DNA of 64,000 nucleotides, from positions 38,368 to 102,367 of the forward strand of contig JANWIC010000009.1 of the NCBI GenBank assembly GCA_025450075.1, read 5' to 3'. The translations under genes and the position numbers were made by a program. Shown here in pieces: positions 1 through 9,890 of the stretch. Within the stretch, counting starts at the first letter, position 1. Each line of letters starts with the position of its first letter. This DNA comes from Patescibacteria group bacterium. GTDB taxonomy: Bacteria > Patescibacteriota > Dojkabacteria > JAKAPS01. The notes below the pieces were generated by a model, which saw nothing but the letters and a program-made list of their open reading frames with translations, was not told where the DNA came from and made no database searches.

Positions 1-361
1 GCGGAATTGCATCTATAATGAGTTGTATTTTTTCTTCCATTCTTTTTCCTTTTTCCTTTAATTCTTTTTCTCCAGTTTTGGTTAGATTTAAATGAATAAC
101 ACGTCGGTCTTTTTCGTCTTGGACCCTTGCTAGCAAGTAAGACTGCATTAACCGATTAGTAAGTTGAGTTGCAGATGAAATCGATATATCCATATGTAGA
201 GAAAGTTCCTTCATTGCGCATCCGGGATGCTTATATATATATGACATTGCCTCATATTGTAGAATTGTAGCTGCTTGGTCTTCCATATGACGACCCATAT
301 GCTGGAACCAAAACTTCTTAAGTTCAATAAAGGCTTGTATTATTTCTGTTTTCTTCTCCAT
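1..361 (-). CDS. MarR-family transcriptional regulator (partial, 3' end beyond window start)
   Basis: Minus-strand ORF starts at ATG 361..359. Translation MEKKTEIIQAFIELKKFWFQHMGRHMEDQAATILQYEAMSYIYKHPGCAMKELSLHMDISISSATQLTNRLMQSYLLARVQDEKDRRVIHLNLTKTGEKELKEKGK is typical of a MarR winged helix (wing 'DRRVIHL..LT.KG'). It is absent from the ORF track because it runs off the window. Confidence 0.6.
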   Translation of the reverse strand, partial: MEKKTEIIQAFIELKKFWFQHMGRHMEDQAATILQYEAMSYIYKHPGCAMKELSLHMDISISSATQLTNRLMQSYLLARVQDEKDRRVIHLNLTKTGEKELKEKGKRMEEKIQLIIDAIP

Positions 362-421
362 TGTTGTTCATCAGAGAAATAGTTTATATCATAAACTATT
401 GATTGTCAACTTTTGCGTGAG

Positions 422-1501
422 ATGAGACAATCAATTATAATAAAGAAAATTGAAATTATGGAAGAACCAAAAGAAATACAACGACTTCGAGGAATGGTTG
501 ACGGTAAACCACTACCAGAAACTCTAAAAGACCAGATCTATGTGCTTCTAGATAGAGTTTCTCGGGCATCTACATATGGTAACTACAGTAGTGAATATGA
601 AGGTGCGGCAAAATATATTGAATGGATTGTTTCTATTCCTTGGGAAACATACTCAAATGATAATCTTGATTTACAAAATGCAAAAGTCATTCTTGACCAG
701 GAGCATTATGGGATGAATAGCGTAAAAGAGCGAGTTTTGGAATATCTTGCCGTAGTAAACCTACTACATCAAAAGCAGGTATCTGCAAAAACTCCCATCT
801 TATGTTTTGTCGGTTTACAAGGAATTGGAAAGACAACGATGGCAAGATCAATTGCAAAAGCATTGGGCAGATCTTTTGAACGTATATCGCTTGGCGGAAT
901 GCCATCTGCCTTAGAATTATTAGGCAGGTCAAAAGCAAATCCAGATGCCGAGCCTGGCCTCATCATTAGAAGCCTTGTGAAGGCAAAATCAATAAACCCT
1001 GTTATTCTTCTTGATGAGATTGATAAAACAGGAAATGATTTAGGCTCTAGAGCAAGTGTCATGGCATCGCTACTTGAAATTTTAGATCCAGAACAAAATG
1101 CCACTTTTCGAGATAATTACATTGATTTTCCTGTTGATTTATCCCAAGTGTTTTTTGTTCTCACGGCAAATAATCTGGGAACAATATCAACAGCCCTTTT
1201 AGATAGGTTGGAAATTATTAAATTAACGGGATATTCAGATGAAGAAAAAGAAACGATTGCCAGAGACTATATCTTGCCTAAAGTATATGCAAACACAGGC
1301 ATTGATGAATCTAAACTCATTTTTACACCAGATGTATGGCCACTATTGATCCGTCCATTGGGGTATGAGGCGGGAATTCGTGAACTTGAACGTGTTTTAA
1401 TGGGAATTGGAAGGAAAGCAGCGAAAAAGATTCTTGAGAATCCTGATAATATAACTACTATTTCCATTGAGAATTACAAAGACTATATAAATGAAATATG
1501 A
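422..1501 (+). CDS. Lon-like AAA+ ATPase module (no N-terminal substrate domain, no S16 protease domain)
   Basis: Strong similarity to the central part of Lon: 'ILDQEHYGMNSVKERVLEYLAV', Walker A 'VGLQGIGKTTMARSIAKALGR', 'FERISLGGMPSALELLG', Walker B 'ILLDEIDK', sensor 'VLTANN'. The ORF ends at 1501 and a family-4 UDG gene begins immediately, so no peptidase domain follows. The track start 413 is a TTG; the ATG is at 422. Confidence 0.75.
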   Translation: MRQSIIIKKIEIMEEPKEIQRLRGMVDGKPLPETLKDQIYVLLDRVSRASTYGNYSSEYEGAAKYIEWIVSIPWETYSNDNLDLQNAKVILDQEHYGMNSVKERVLEYLAVVNLLHQKQVSAKTPILCFVGLQGIGKTTMARSIAKALGRSFERISLGGMPSALELLGRSKANPDAEPGLIIRSLVKAKSINPVILLDEIDKTGNDLGSRASVMASLLEILDPEQNATFRDNYIDFPVDLSQVFFVLTANNLGTISTALLDRLEIIKLTGYSDEEKETIARDYILPKVYANTGIDESKLIFTPDVWPLLIRPLGYEAGIRELERVLMGIGRKAAKKILENPDNITTISIENYKDYINEI

Positions 1502-2118
1502 CATTAGACGAACTTGCTATACAGATTCGAAAATGTACGTTATGTGAGCTTGCGCAAGGTAGAACACATGCTGTTCCTGGGGAAGGTAATCCTCAAGCCG
1601 AAATTATGTTTATCGGAGAGGGACCTGGAGCCAATGAAGATAAACAAGGGATCCCGTTTTGTGGAGCATCTGGAAAATTTCTTGATGAATTACTGAAGTC
1701 TATTAATCTGAATAGAAGCGATGTATTTATTACAAATGTCGTGAAATGCCGTCCACCGGAAAATAGAGATCCACTTCCGCAGGAAATTGATATCTGTACA
1801 AAGCATTATCTGTTTAATCAGATTGAAGTTATCAATCCTAAAATCATCTGTTTTTTAGGGAGATACTCCATGGGATTATTCATGAAGGATATGAAAATAT
1901 CACAGGTGCATGGTAAGGCATTTAGAAGAAAAGATGGCCGGTATTACATTGCATTCTATCATCCTGCTGTTGCATTATATAACGGTTCAATGCGACAAGT
2001 GCTTTTAAATGATTTCAAAGTATTGGATAAAATCCTTAAAGGAAAGATAAAGGATGATGAAAAAGAAACCCCTCCAAAATCGGATGATACACCTCTCGAA
2101 ATGGTCTCTTTGTTTTGA
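1498..2118 (+). CDS. uracil-DNA glycosylase, family 4
   Basis: Family-4 UDG signature 'GEGPGANEDKQGIPFCGASGKFLDELL' and N-terminal cysteines (KCTLCEL..., VKCRPP) consistent with the 4Fe-4S cluster. Its ATG overlaps the stop of the upstream gene. Confidence 0.85.
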   Translation: MTLDELAIQIRKCTLCELAQGRTHAVPGEGNPQAEIMFIGEGPGANEDKQGIPFCGASGKFLDELLKSINLNRSDVFITNVVKCRPPENRDPLPQEIDICTKHYLFNQIEVINPKIICFLGRYSMGLFMKDMKISQVHGKAFRRKDGRYYIAFYHPAVALYNGSMRQVLLNDFKVLDKILKGKIKDDEKETPPKSDDTPLEMVSLF

Positions 2119-2202
2119 AACAAATTGCCGAGAATCTTGCTTATTCATTGCAAATTACCTCTTTAACATGTTATGCTTTAATGTGAGAAAATATATATAA
2201 AT

Positions 2203-3432
2203 ATGCCTCTTCCTTTTTTTTCGAAAAAATATAAAGATCAAAATCAGGTTTATATATCTCTTGATGTTGGGACAGAATTTGTCAAGGTAATTGTCTTTAG
2301 CGTAGAGGATAATATGGTTGTTGTAAAAGGAGCAGGAAAAACGAGACAGCCAATAAGTGCTGTAAAAAATGGACAAGTAACAAATATTAAAAATGTGGTT
2401 GATACTTCAAAATCCGCTATTGAAAAAGCAGTTGAAGGAATGAAAGGATTTATCCCACAGGATGTGATAATGGGAGTAGCTGGTGAACTTGTTCGTGGTG
2501 TATCAGTGATTGCCAATTATAATAGAGATAATGTCGATGCAAAAATAACATTTGAAGAAGTCTTAAAAGTATTTGAAAAGATAAAAGATGCATCTTTGCA
2601 AGAAGCTCAACATATATTTATTGAGACTACTGGAAAAAACAATCCGCAGATCAGGCAAATTAATGCAAGCATTGTCGATTCATATATAGACGAATACAGG
2701 GTTGAAACTGTCCTTGGATTTCCTGGAAAAAATGTAAAACTTACCATATATAGTACCTATGCACCGCTTGTTCATGTTGGTGCTCTTGATAATGTTGCAA
2801 AATCACTTAAACTAAAGCCATTATTAATTGCTGCAGAGCCGTTTGCAGTTGCCAGATCAGTAGTTGGGGCGAGGGATGAAAGTTTTGAAGCAATCATTAT
2901 TGATATTGGTGGAGGAACAACTGATATAGCAATTGTTAAAAAAGGTGGGGTTGTAGATACACACATGCTTGCTTTTGGTGGTCGTGTTTTTACTAAACGA
3001 ATCGCCCAAGAAATGAATATTGATTATGATAAGGCAGAAAAATTTAAAATGGACTATACGGAAGGAACATTGGATAGAGCAACTGCAAATATTGTTAAAA
3101 AAGCAGTCTCAAAAGATATTAATCTTTGGATTACCGGAGTTGAACTTGCCCTAAAAGAATTTGGAGGAGTGAAAGTTTTTCCTTCAAGTATTTTACTTTG
3201 TGGTGGAGGAAGCCTTCTTCCCGAAATAAAAGATGCCCTTATTCAGCATCCTTGGACAGATATTCTTCCTTTCAATAGAGTCCCAAAAGTTGTTTTCTTA
3301 AAACCTGAAAATATTGATAGTGTCGTTGATGAAAAGAACCTTGCTCAGGGAATAGAAATGGTAACTCCATTATCTCTTGCCAGACTTGTGCTTGATTTGA
3401 AAAATAACCTTGAACTAGTTAAAGGAACTTGA
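2203..3432 (+). CDS. ftsA: actin-like ATPase, FtsA-like cell division protein
   Basis: N-terminal 'ISLDVGTEFVKVIV' and phosphate-2 motif 'IIDIGGGTTDIAIVKKGGVV' are characteristic of FtsA/MreB-type actin folds. The ~409 aa length and the region 'KNGQVTNIKNVVDTSKSAIEKAVE' resemble FtsA. The C-terminal 'LARLVLDLKNNLELVKG' could be an amphipathic membrane-targeting helix. Confidence 0.65.
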   Translation: MPLPFFSKKYKDQNQVYISLDVGTEFVKVIVFSVEDNMVVVKGAGKTRQPISAVKNGQVTNIKNVVDTSKSAIEKAVEGMKGFIPQDVIMGVAGELVRGVSVIANYNRDNVDAKITFEEVLKVFEKIKDASLQEAQHIFIETTGKNNPQIRQINASIVDSYIDEYRVETVLGFPGKNVKLTIYSTYAPLVHVGALDNVAKSLKLKPLLIAAEPFAVARSVVGARDESFEAIIIDIGGGTTDIAIVKKGGVVDTHMLAFGGRVFTKRIAQEMNIDYDKAEKFKMDYTEGTLDRATANIVKKAVSKDINLWITGVELALKEFGGVKVFPSSILLCGGGSLLPEIKDALIQHPWTDILPFNRVPKVVFLKPENIDSVVDEKNLAQGIEMVTPLSLARLVLDLKNNLELVKGT

Positions 3433-3433
3433 T

Positions 3434-5476
3434 ATGGAAAATACAAAGATATTTATAGATATAGATGATGAGATAACATTTGTAGCGGAACGTGTTCTTG
3501 CTACAAAAACTCCTTATGTTATCCTTGTAATTCCTGAAAGAGCTACGATTCTTTCAAGTTTAGCAAGTTTAAAACTTTTATCTTATGTGGTTGGCAAAAG
3601 TGGTAAGCAGGTTGTCGTTGTTACAATGGATGAGGTTGGTAAAGTTCTTGCTGAAAGGGCAGGATTTTTAACACGAAATAGAGTTGGTGAAGTAGAAACA
3701 ACAATATGGGATTCAATTGAGGGAGCAAAAGATGAACAAAAAATTGAGGAGGTAGTACCAGAAGCAAAAAAAAGTGAAGTTGTGACTGAACAGGAAGCAA
3801 TTCCTGTTGTGGATAAAGAAGAGGATATAGTTGAGCCAGAAATTTTAAAAGAAGAGGAGCAGAACCAGCCATCTATTATTGCTGTACAGCCAATAATCCA
3901 GGAAAAAGAAATTGAAAGACCTGTTGAAGTATTACCGAAAGAAGAAATAATCGAAGAAAAACCGTTAGAAGAACCAGAACAATCTGTTCTTGATATAGAA
4001 GAGATCCCTCTTGTTGAGACTAAAGAAGTTCCTGCCGTTGAGCCTAAAATCACAAATTCTAAACCCAAATATGTAGAATCTGTTAAAATAGTAAAGCTGG
4101 ATGGTTTTGAATTGATTGTAGGGGGAGACGCAGCTGTTATCAGAAAATCGAGAGAAATTGAACGAAAAGTTATTACTAAAAAAGCTGACACTATTTCTTC
4201 TTTGCGTTTGTCATCTGAAAGATATTATGAAGAAGGAATCGTAGGAAAAGATATTGAAGCAAATATAGCAAAAAAAAAAATAACAAATAAATCCATTTTA
4301 CAAATTATGCAAACGGTAGATACTATAAAAAAGAATACCTCTGGACGTTTTAAAAAGTGGATGGTTATTCCTATTGCTATTCTTTTGTTATTACTCATAA
4401 TCTTTTCCTTTGTTATAATGCCTTCTGCGCAAGTAGCAATAACAGTAAAAGCACAACCGTTAACTGATTCTTCCGATGTGCTAGCTAACGTGAATACATC
4501 CCAGGTTGATCCAAATGCAAAAACAATCCCTGCATATTATATAGATGTAAATGAAAGCTCATCTTCATCAGCAAATACAACAGGAGCAAAAGTTATTGGG
4601 AATAAGGCGACGGGAAATGTAACTTTCTATAGTGTGAGTAAAACTTCATTTACAATTCCTAAAGGAACAGTTTTTGTGACAAATGATCAAAATGCATTAA
4701 GCTATACACTCGATAATGATGTAGCAATAAACGGAACGCCTGCTGCAGTTGTAACACAAACAGGAGGCTTGACAGCATCTGATATCGGAACAAAATATAA
4801 CATTGCAGCTAATACACCATTTACGATTCAATTAAGTAATGTTCCGGCAGGAATTACTGCTGCTTCAGGAAGTGCTTTTACGGGTGGAACTTCTCAAAAT
4901 GCACAAGTGGTCGCGCAAACTGACCAAGATCATTTGCTTGCCGGTCTTGAGCAGCAACTATACCAAAAAGGACAGGATGAATTACAGGCAAAACTAACTA
5001 GCGATATGATAGTTGCAAAGGACACTCAAAAAAATGAGGATGTAACAAAATCTTTCGATAGTAATGTCGGGGATAAATCGAATATTTTGAACCTTTCATT
5101 AACAACCAAAACAAGTGTCATCGTTTACAAGCTTTCCGATCTTACAACGTATGAGAACAAAGTTATAGCGCAAAGTTTGAACAAAAATGATACAATTAGT
5201 AACTTGTCAGTATCGCAAACATATAAAGGATATGATACAACAGCACAAAACTTGAAAATTAAAATTGATGCAAAAGCACTTGCTACTCCCGTATTAGATA
5301 AGGCTACAATAACGAAAAATATTACTAGAACATTGCAAGGTAATGCAGCATCATATATTAAGAAAGTAAATGGCGTAGTTGACGTCTCTATAAAAGTGTC
5401 TCCGTTCTGGTATGACATTTTTAAAATGATGCCTCTTCGTCAAAATAACATTACCATAGTGGTAAAAACACAATAA
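3434..5476 (+). CDS. hypothetical bitopic membrane protein (acidic cytoplasmic N-domain, one TM, large Ser/Thr-rich extracytoplasmic domain)
   Basis: 680-aa ORF tightly coupled to the ftsA-like gene (2-nt gap). It has an E/K/P-rich acidic low-complexity stretch (~aa 100-200), one hydrophobic helix 'WMVIPIAILLLLLIIFSFVIM', then ~350 aa rich in T/S/N/V with no recognisable catalytic motif. Confidence 0.5.
   Translation: MENTKIFIDIDDEITFVAERVLATKTPYVILVIPERATILSSLASLKLLSYVVGKSGKQVVVVTMDEVGKVLAERAGFLTRNRVGEVETTIWDSIEGAKDEQKIEEVVPEAKKSEVVTEQEAIPVVDKEEDIVEPEILKEEEQNQPSIIAVQPIIQEKEIERPVEVLPKEEIIEEKPLEEPEQSVLDIEEIPLVETKEVPAVEPKITNSKPKYVESVKIVKLDGFELIVGGDAAVIRKSREIERKVITKKADTISSLRLSSERYYEEGIVGKDIEANIAKKKITNKSILQIMQTVDTIKKNTSGRFKKWMVIPIAILLLLLIIFSFVIMPSAQVAITVKAQPLTDSSDVLANVNTSQVDPNAKTIPAYYIDVNESSSSSANTTGAKVIGNKATGNVTFYSVSKTSFTIPKGTVFVTNDQNALSYTLDNDVAINGTPAAVVTQTGGLTASDIGTKYNIAANTPFTIQLSNVPAGITAASGSAFTGGTSQNAQVVAQTDQDHLLAGLEQQLYQKGQDELQAKLTSDMIVAKDTQKNEDVTKSFDSNVGDKSNILNLSLTTKTSVIVYKLSDLTTYENKVIAQSLNKNDTISNLSVSQTYKGYDTTAQNLKIKIDAKALATPVLDKATITKNITRTLQGNAASYIKKVNGVVDVSIKVSPFWYDIFKMMPLRQNNITIVVKTQ
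4270..4280 (+). repeat. A11 homopolymer inside a coding sequence
   Basis: Eleven consecutive A residues encoding 'AKKKIT' in ORF 3434-5476. It is the longest mononucleotide run I saw in the window. Confidence 0.6.
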
Positions 5477-5478
5477 TC

Positions 5479-7710
5479 ATGGGAAGAAAGAAAAAGAAAA
5501 AAAAGATCACAATCAAAAGTGAAGAGACAACTACTATCTTTGGAGTCTTGGCCTTAGTTGCTGCTGGATTAGTTCTCTCAAGCATCTTTGTTACAAATCA
5601 CTACTTACTTAAGTTACATATCTTTTTTGGAGGAGGATCAGTATTTGCAGCTGTATTACTTCTCATTTTTGCTCTGAGGATGTTTGGGAATAAATTCAGA
5701 TTCAATAAAGGCAAAGTACTGATTAGTCTTTGTGTATTTTTGATGGCTTCTCTTGGTTTTATTCAACTTTTTTCGTATAACAACCAAGCTGATGATGTAT
5801 CATTACTAAATGGTGGAGGAACTTTAGGATATTGGGTCTCAAATACGGCAAATAATATTTTGGGTACAAGTCTTGCAGAAATTGTTTTGGCAATTATTGC
5901 ACTTATCTCCTTTATTTTAGGATTATCTATTCCAATAACAAAAATATTTCGACTTGTTCGCGCTTTTACTAATGCGGTTACGCACTTATTTAGTAATAAG
6001 ATCTATCCTTTCTGTTCATCACTAACAAAACATGGATATGAATCATATCAAGCAAGAAAAAAACAAAAGAAACCTCAACAGTCAGAAAAACAACAGAAAA
6101 CCCCTATGCCAGCTGCCTCAGTATCACATGATACTCCTATGATGGTAGGCGACCTTTCAGGACGGAATGTCATTCCATCCCCTGAACCAAGAACTGATGT
6201 CCCTGTCGTTACTACAGCGGCGCAAATGGCTGAACATAAGGCTGTCGTATCTGAAGAGCAATTTGCTCACTGGCAATACCCTCCTCTTGATCTATTGAAT
6301 AAACCAAAGCCATATGTGGCACATGATGAAAATGTAAAAAAGAATTCCGATATCATTGAAAAGACATTAGAAAGCTTCGGTATCCTTGCTAAGGTGGCTG
6401 ATGTAAAAATAGGGCCAGTGGTAACACAATATGCCCTCCAAATTACAATGGGGACCAAAGTTGCAAAGATTAATAATTTAAGTAAAGATCTTGCCCTAGC
6501 ATTAGCTGCTCCATCAGGTATGGTTCGTGTTGAAGCTCCGATACCAGGAACTTCTTTAGTAGGGATAGAAATGCCAAATTCACATCCAAGAACCGTATCA
6601 CTTAGAGAAATAATGGAATCACCCGACATGATGGGTAGTGGAATGAAGCTACCAATAGCATTGGGAAGAGATGTTTCCGGAAGCGTAATGATAAAAGACC
6701 TCCAAAAGATGCCTCATTTACTCATCGCCGGTTCTACCGGATCAGGTAAATCAGTGACCGTAAACTCATTTATCATAAGCCTTTTATTCAAACATTCACC
6801 GAATGAACTGAAGTTAATTATGGTAGATCCAAAGCAAGTTGAATTGTCACAATATAATGGAATTCCGCACTTGTTAGTTCCCGTCATAACAGATATGGAA
6901 AAAGTTGTAAATGCATTGAAATGGGCATTAGTAGAAATGGATAGCAGGTATAAACGATTTAAAGAGGTGCAAGTTCGAAATATTGAAGGATATAACCAGC
7001 GACCAGATGTAGAACAATTGCCGTATATCGTCATTATTATTGATGAAATGGCGGATCTGATGATGGTACAAGGTGTAGAAGTAGAAAGTTGTATTGTCCG
7101 TCTTGCTCAAATGGCACGAGCTGTTGGAATCCATTTGGTTCTCGCAACGCAACGTCCATCTGTCAATGTTATTACTGGGCTTATCAAGGCAAATATCCCT
7201 GCCCGTATTGGTATGAGTGTCGTTTCAGTTATTGACTCACGAGTAATTCTTGATACTACAGGAGCTGAAACTTTGCTTGGGAAAGGAGATATGCTTTTTA
7301 AACTTCCTGATTCTATTCGTCCGGTACGTGTTCAAGGCGTATGGACGAGTGATGAAGAAATTGAAAGAGTCCTACTTTTCATTAAAGAACAATCCCCTGA
7401 AGTCGAATATTCTGAAGAAATTACACAATTTCAAGAAGGAGAAAAGAAGAGCATGGTTGGGCATGGTTGGGAAGATGCAATGTTTCCTGATGCGGTGCAT
7501 GTCGTTGTAAATGCAGGAAGAGGATCAGCTTCAATACTACAATCAAAACTTCGAATTGGTTATGCTCGTGCTGCGAGACTTATCGAAGAATTAGAGGTAC
7601 GTGGAGTGGTAGGACGTCAAGATGGAAGTAAACCAAGAGATGTATTAATTACCGATGCTGACGTTTTCTTAGGTCAGCAGCAACAAATGAATGATGAAAA
7701 CAGTAGGTGA
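5479..7710 (+). CDS. ftsK: DNA translocase FtsK
   Basis: N-terminal polytopic membrane region. FtsK motor: Walker A 'LLIAGSTGSGKSVTVNSFI', Walker B 'IVIIIDEMADLMM', 'LVLATQRPSVNVITGLIKANIPARIGMSV'. C-terminal winged-helix gamma domain 'SASILQSKLRIGYARAARLIEELEVRGVVG'. Confidence 0.9.
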   Translation: MGRKKKKKKITIKSEETTTIFGVLALVAAGLVLSSIFVTNHYLLKLHIFFGGGSVFAAVLLLIFALRMFGNKFRFNKGKVLISLCVFLMASLGFIQLFSYNNQADDVSLLNGGGTLGYWVSNTANNILGTSLAEIVLAIIALISFILGLSIPITKIFRLVRAFTNAVTHLFSNKIYPFCSSLTKHGYESYQARKKQKKPQQSEKQQKTPMPAASVSHDTPMMVGDLSGRNVIPSPEPRTDVPVVTTAAQMAEHKAVVSEEQFAHWQYPPLDLLNKPKPYVAHDENVKKNSDIIEKTLESFGILAKVADVKIGPVVTQYALQITMGTKVAKINNLSKDLALALAAPSGMVRVEAPIPGTSLVGIEMPNSHPRTVSLREIMESPDMMGSGMKLPIALGRDVSGSVMIKDLQKMPHLLIAGSTGSGKSVTVNSFIISLLFKHSPNELKLIMVDPKQVELSQYNGIPHLLVPVITDMEKVVNALKWALVEMDSRYKRFKEVQVRNIEGYNQRPDVEQLPYIVIIIDEMADLMMVQGVEVESCIVRLAQMARAVGIHLVLATQRPSVNVITGLIKANIPARIGMSVVSVIDSRVILDTTGAETLLGKGDMLFKLPDSIRPVRVQGVWTSDEEIERVLLFIKEQSPEVEYSEEITQFQEGEKKSMVGHGWEDAMFPDAVHVVVNAGRGSASILQSKLRIGYARAARLIEELEVRGVVGRQDGSKPRDVLITDADVFLGQQQQMNDENSR

Positions 7711-8659
7711 AACATTACGAACTGCCCGAGAAAAAAATAACTATGACCTCCATTATATTTCCGATACACTTAAAATACGGGAAAAATATCTTGAGGCACT
7801 TGAAGTAGGAGATTATTCACTTTTTCCTTCTCCAATATATATTAAAGGATTTTTAAAAAATTACGCTAAATTTCTTCATCTTGATGAAAATGAATTGCTT
7901 GCTTTATACAGGAGAGAATATACTGATCCTGTAGCGAAAGATCCTTACTGGGAGCGATCACGTCCGGTAGTAAAAACGATTAAATTTGCATTAAAACCAA
8001 GCCATCTTGTTACTGCCTTTACGATAATATTTGTCCTTTTTATTGTTGGATATCTATTTTATGAATTTCGGCTTTTTTCAACACCTCCAGCTTTACAGAT
8101 AAGTACTCCAAGTGAAAATGAAATCGTGAATACAAATAGTATTACTGTAATTGGTACTACTGATCCAGCAAATAAAGTATATATTAATGGTGCACAAGTT
8201 CCATATATTAGTACAACGGGTGATTTCTCATTAACTGTAAATCTCCATGATAATATTAATGAATTGACAATAACCTCAACAAACAATTTGAACAGGACTA
8301 CAACTATTAAGCGTGATGTCATATTCGTGAATAAGGCATTAAGCGTTTCTCAAACCACAACTCCAACTCCATCTTCCTTGTCTCTTTCTGCTCGATTGGT
8401 CATATCCGGTGATAATACATGGATCCATGTGAACGCAGATAATAAAGTGATAATTAATGGGGAAGTATTAACCCCCGGAACAATTAAAACGTTCTCAGCA
8501 CTGCAAACTATTGTAATTCAGACAGGTCGGCCAAGTGACACAAAATTCTCTGTTAATGGGCAAACAATTGATCTGTCTGGAGATGGAACCCAAGTAGTCG
8601 TGACAAAAAAAATATCATTTGATGCTACTGGAAATTTAAAAATTGAAAATATCCCTTAA
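7691..8659 (+). CDS. rodZ: RodZ-like HTH-domain membrane protein
   Basis: N-terminal HTH 'VGETLRTAREKNNYDLHYISDTLKIREKYLEALEVGDYSLFPSPIYIKGFLKNYAKFL' matches the RodZ/HTH_25 pattern. One TM 'LVTAFTIIFVLFIVGYLF', then a Thr/Ser-rich extracytoplasmic C-terminus. It overlaps the ftsK 3' end by 20 nt. Confidence 0.65.
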   Translation: MMKTVGETLRTAREKNNYDLHYISDTLKIREKYLEALEVGDYSLFPSPIYIKGFLKNYAKFLHLDENELLALYRREYTDPVAKDPYWERSRPVVKTIKFALKPSHLVTAFTIIFVLFIVGYLFYEFRLFSTPPALQISTPSENEIVNTNSITVIGTTDPANKVYINGAQVPYISTTGDFSLTVNLHDNINELTITSTNNLNRTTTIKRDVIFVNKALSVSQTTTPTPSSLSLSARLVISGDNTWIHVNADNKVIINGEVLTPGTIKTFSALQTIVIQTGRPSDTKFSVNGQTIDLSGDGTQVVVTKKISFDATGNLKIENIP

Positions 8660-8660
8660 T

Positions 8661-9833
8661 ATGAAAATATCGTTCTTTATGCCATTGCATGATAAAGGAA
8701 TTCGAATTTATTCAGACCATCTAATTGCAGCAATGGAAAAAGATACTGAAATTCAAGTGCATCGTGTAGGTTTGGAAAAAATCTTTCGCATAAATTTTCA
8801 TCCTTTTCGTTATTTCTTTGCACTTGGTTTATACAAGAAGCTTGGAAAAGAGATGAATGTGGGTGATATTGCGCATATACAGCATGATTATTCTCTCTTT
8901 TGTTTGTGGAATAATCCCTTTGAAAATATGTACCGCCATTTTAGAAAGCAAATCCATATTCCAACGGTATTAACCGCCCATGAAATTGTGCATAGGACAA
9001 TTAGAGATGAGAAAAATATTGTTTTAAAGCTGAAATATATGCTTAAACGACTCTATTACATTCTTTTCCAAAAATACATGCGATATATCGAAGTAGGGAT
9101 GTTTGAAGAATGTGATGCAGTTATCGTTCATACAAGAAAGTCTTTCCAAACATTGGTAGAGCGTGGGGTAAATGCTTCAAGGATCCATGTTATTCCTCAT
9201 GGTATAGCGAATGTAGAAAAAAGTACATTAACGAAAGAGCAGGCAAAGGAAAAATTTAAAGTTTCCGGCAAATATGTACTGACAACATTTGGCCTAATAC
9301 ATGAACGGAAAGGTCAGGATATTGTAATAGATGTTCTTAAAGAGCTGGATGAGGATTGTGTCTATCTCGTTGCTGGAACAATTGAAAAAAGAAAAGTTTT
9401 TAAAAAATATTTTGCTTTTCTCCAAGATAGGGTAAAAGAATTGGGATTGGATGATAGAGTTATTTTTACAGATTTTATCAATGACAATGACGTAAAAGAC
9501 CTTATGATGGCTACAGATATTATCATTTATCCTGCCAGAGAAATTACTGCTTCCGGTTCTATTAGTGATGCTATTGCTTATGGAAAAGCAATTATCGCAT
9601 CTGATCTTGAATTTGTCAGGGAAATAAATGAGAGGATTAAGTGTATAGCAACTTACTCACATGATGATACAAACTCCATGGTAAATATGATAAAATCTAT
9701 GAGACAAAATGAAGATCAAAGAATTGGACTCGAGGATAAAGCAAACAAATATGCGGCTTTATATGGATATGAATATAGTGCAAAAAAAACTATTGAAGTA
9801 TATAAAATTGTGCAGAGTGTAAGGCATAATTAA
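8661..9833 (+). CDS. glycosyltransferase family 1 (GT4-like)
   Basis: C-terminal GT-B fold motif: 'GLIHERKGQDIVIDVLKEL...VYLVAGT...EL GLDDRVIFTDFINDNDVKDLMMATDIIIYP...E.SGSISDAIAYGKAIIASD'. ATG at 8661 lies directly after the rodZ-like stop; the track start 8643 is a TTG. Confidence 0.75.
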   Translation: MKISFFMPLHDKGIRIYSDHLIAAMEKDTEIQVHRVGLEKIFRINFHPFRYFFALGLYKKLGKEMNVGDIAHIQHDYSLFCLWNNPFENMYRHFRKQIHIPTVLTAHEIVHRTIRDEKNIVLKLKYMLKRLYYILFQKYMRYIEVGMFEECDAVIVHTRKSFQTLVERGVNASRIHVIPHGIANVEKSTLTKEQAKEKFKVSGKYVLTTFGLIHERKGQDIVIDVLKELDEDCVYLVAGTIEKRKVFKKYFAFLQDRVKELGLDDRVIFTDFINDNDVKDLMMATDIIIYPAREITASGSISDAIAYGKAIIASDLEFVREINERIKCIATYSHDDTNSMVNMIKSMRQNEDQRIGLEDKANKYAALYGYEYSAKKTIEVYKIVQSVRHN

Positions 9834-9890
9834 CTGAAGTATATAAAATTTTAATCTGGCGTTATACTACTCTTATCATTATTTTTATTT

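Noticed and set aside
687-1467. Minus-strand ORFs (687-938, 769-1104, 1267-1467) inside the Lon-like gene
   Set aside because: They are entirely contained within a longer, motif-rich plus-strand ORF. Their translations are low-complexity with no motifs, so they are antisense shadow ORFs.
3583-4191. 202-aa minus-strand ORF rich in Ser/Thr opposite the acidic region of ORF 3434-5476
   Set aside because: It is the reverse complement of a GAA/AAG-rich coding stretch, and its Ser/Leu-rich translation is the expected mirror artefact.
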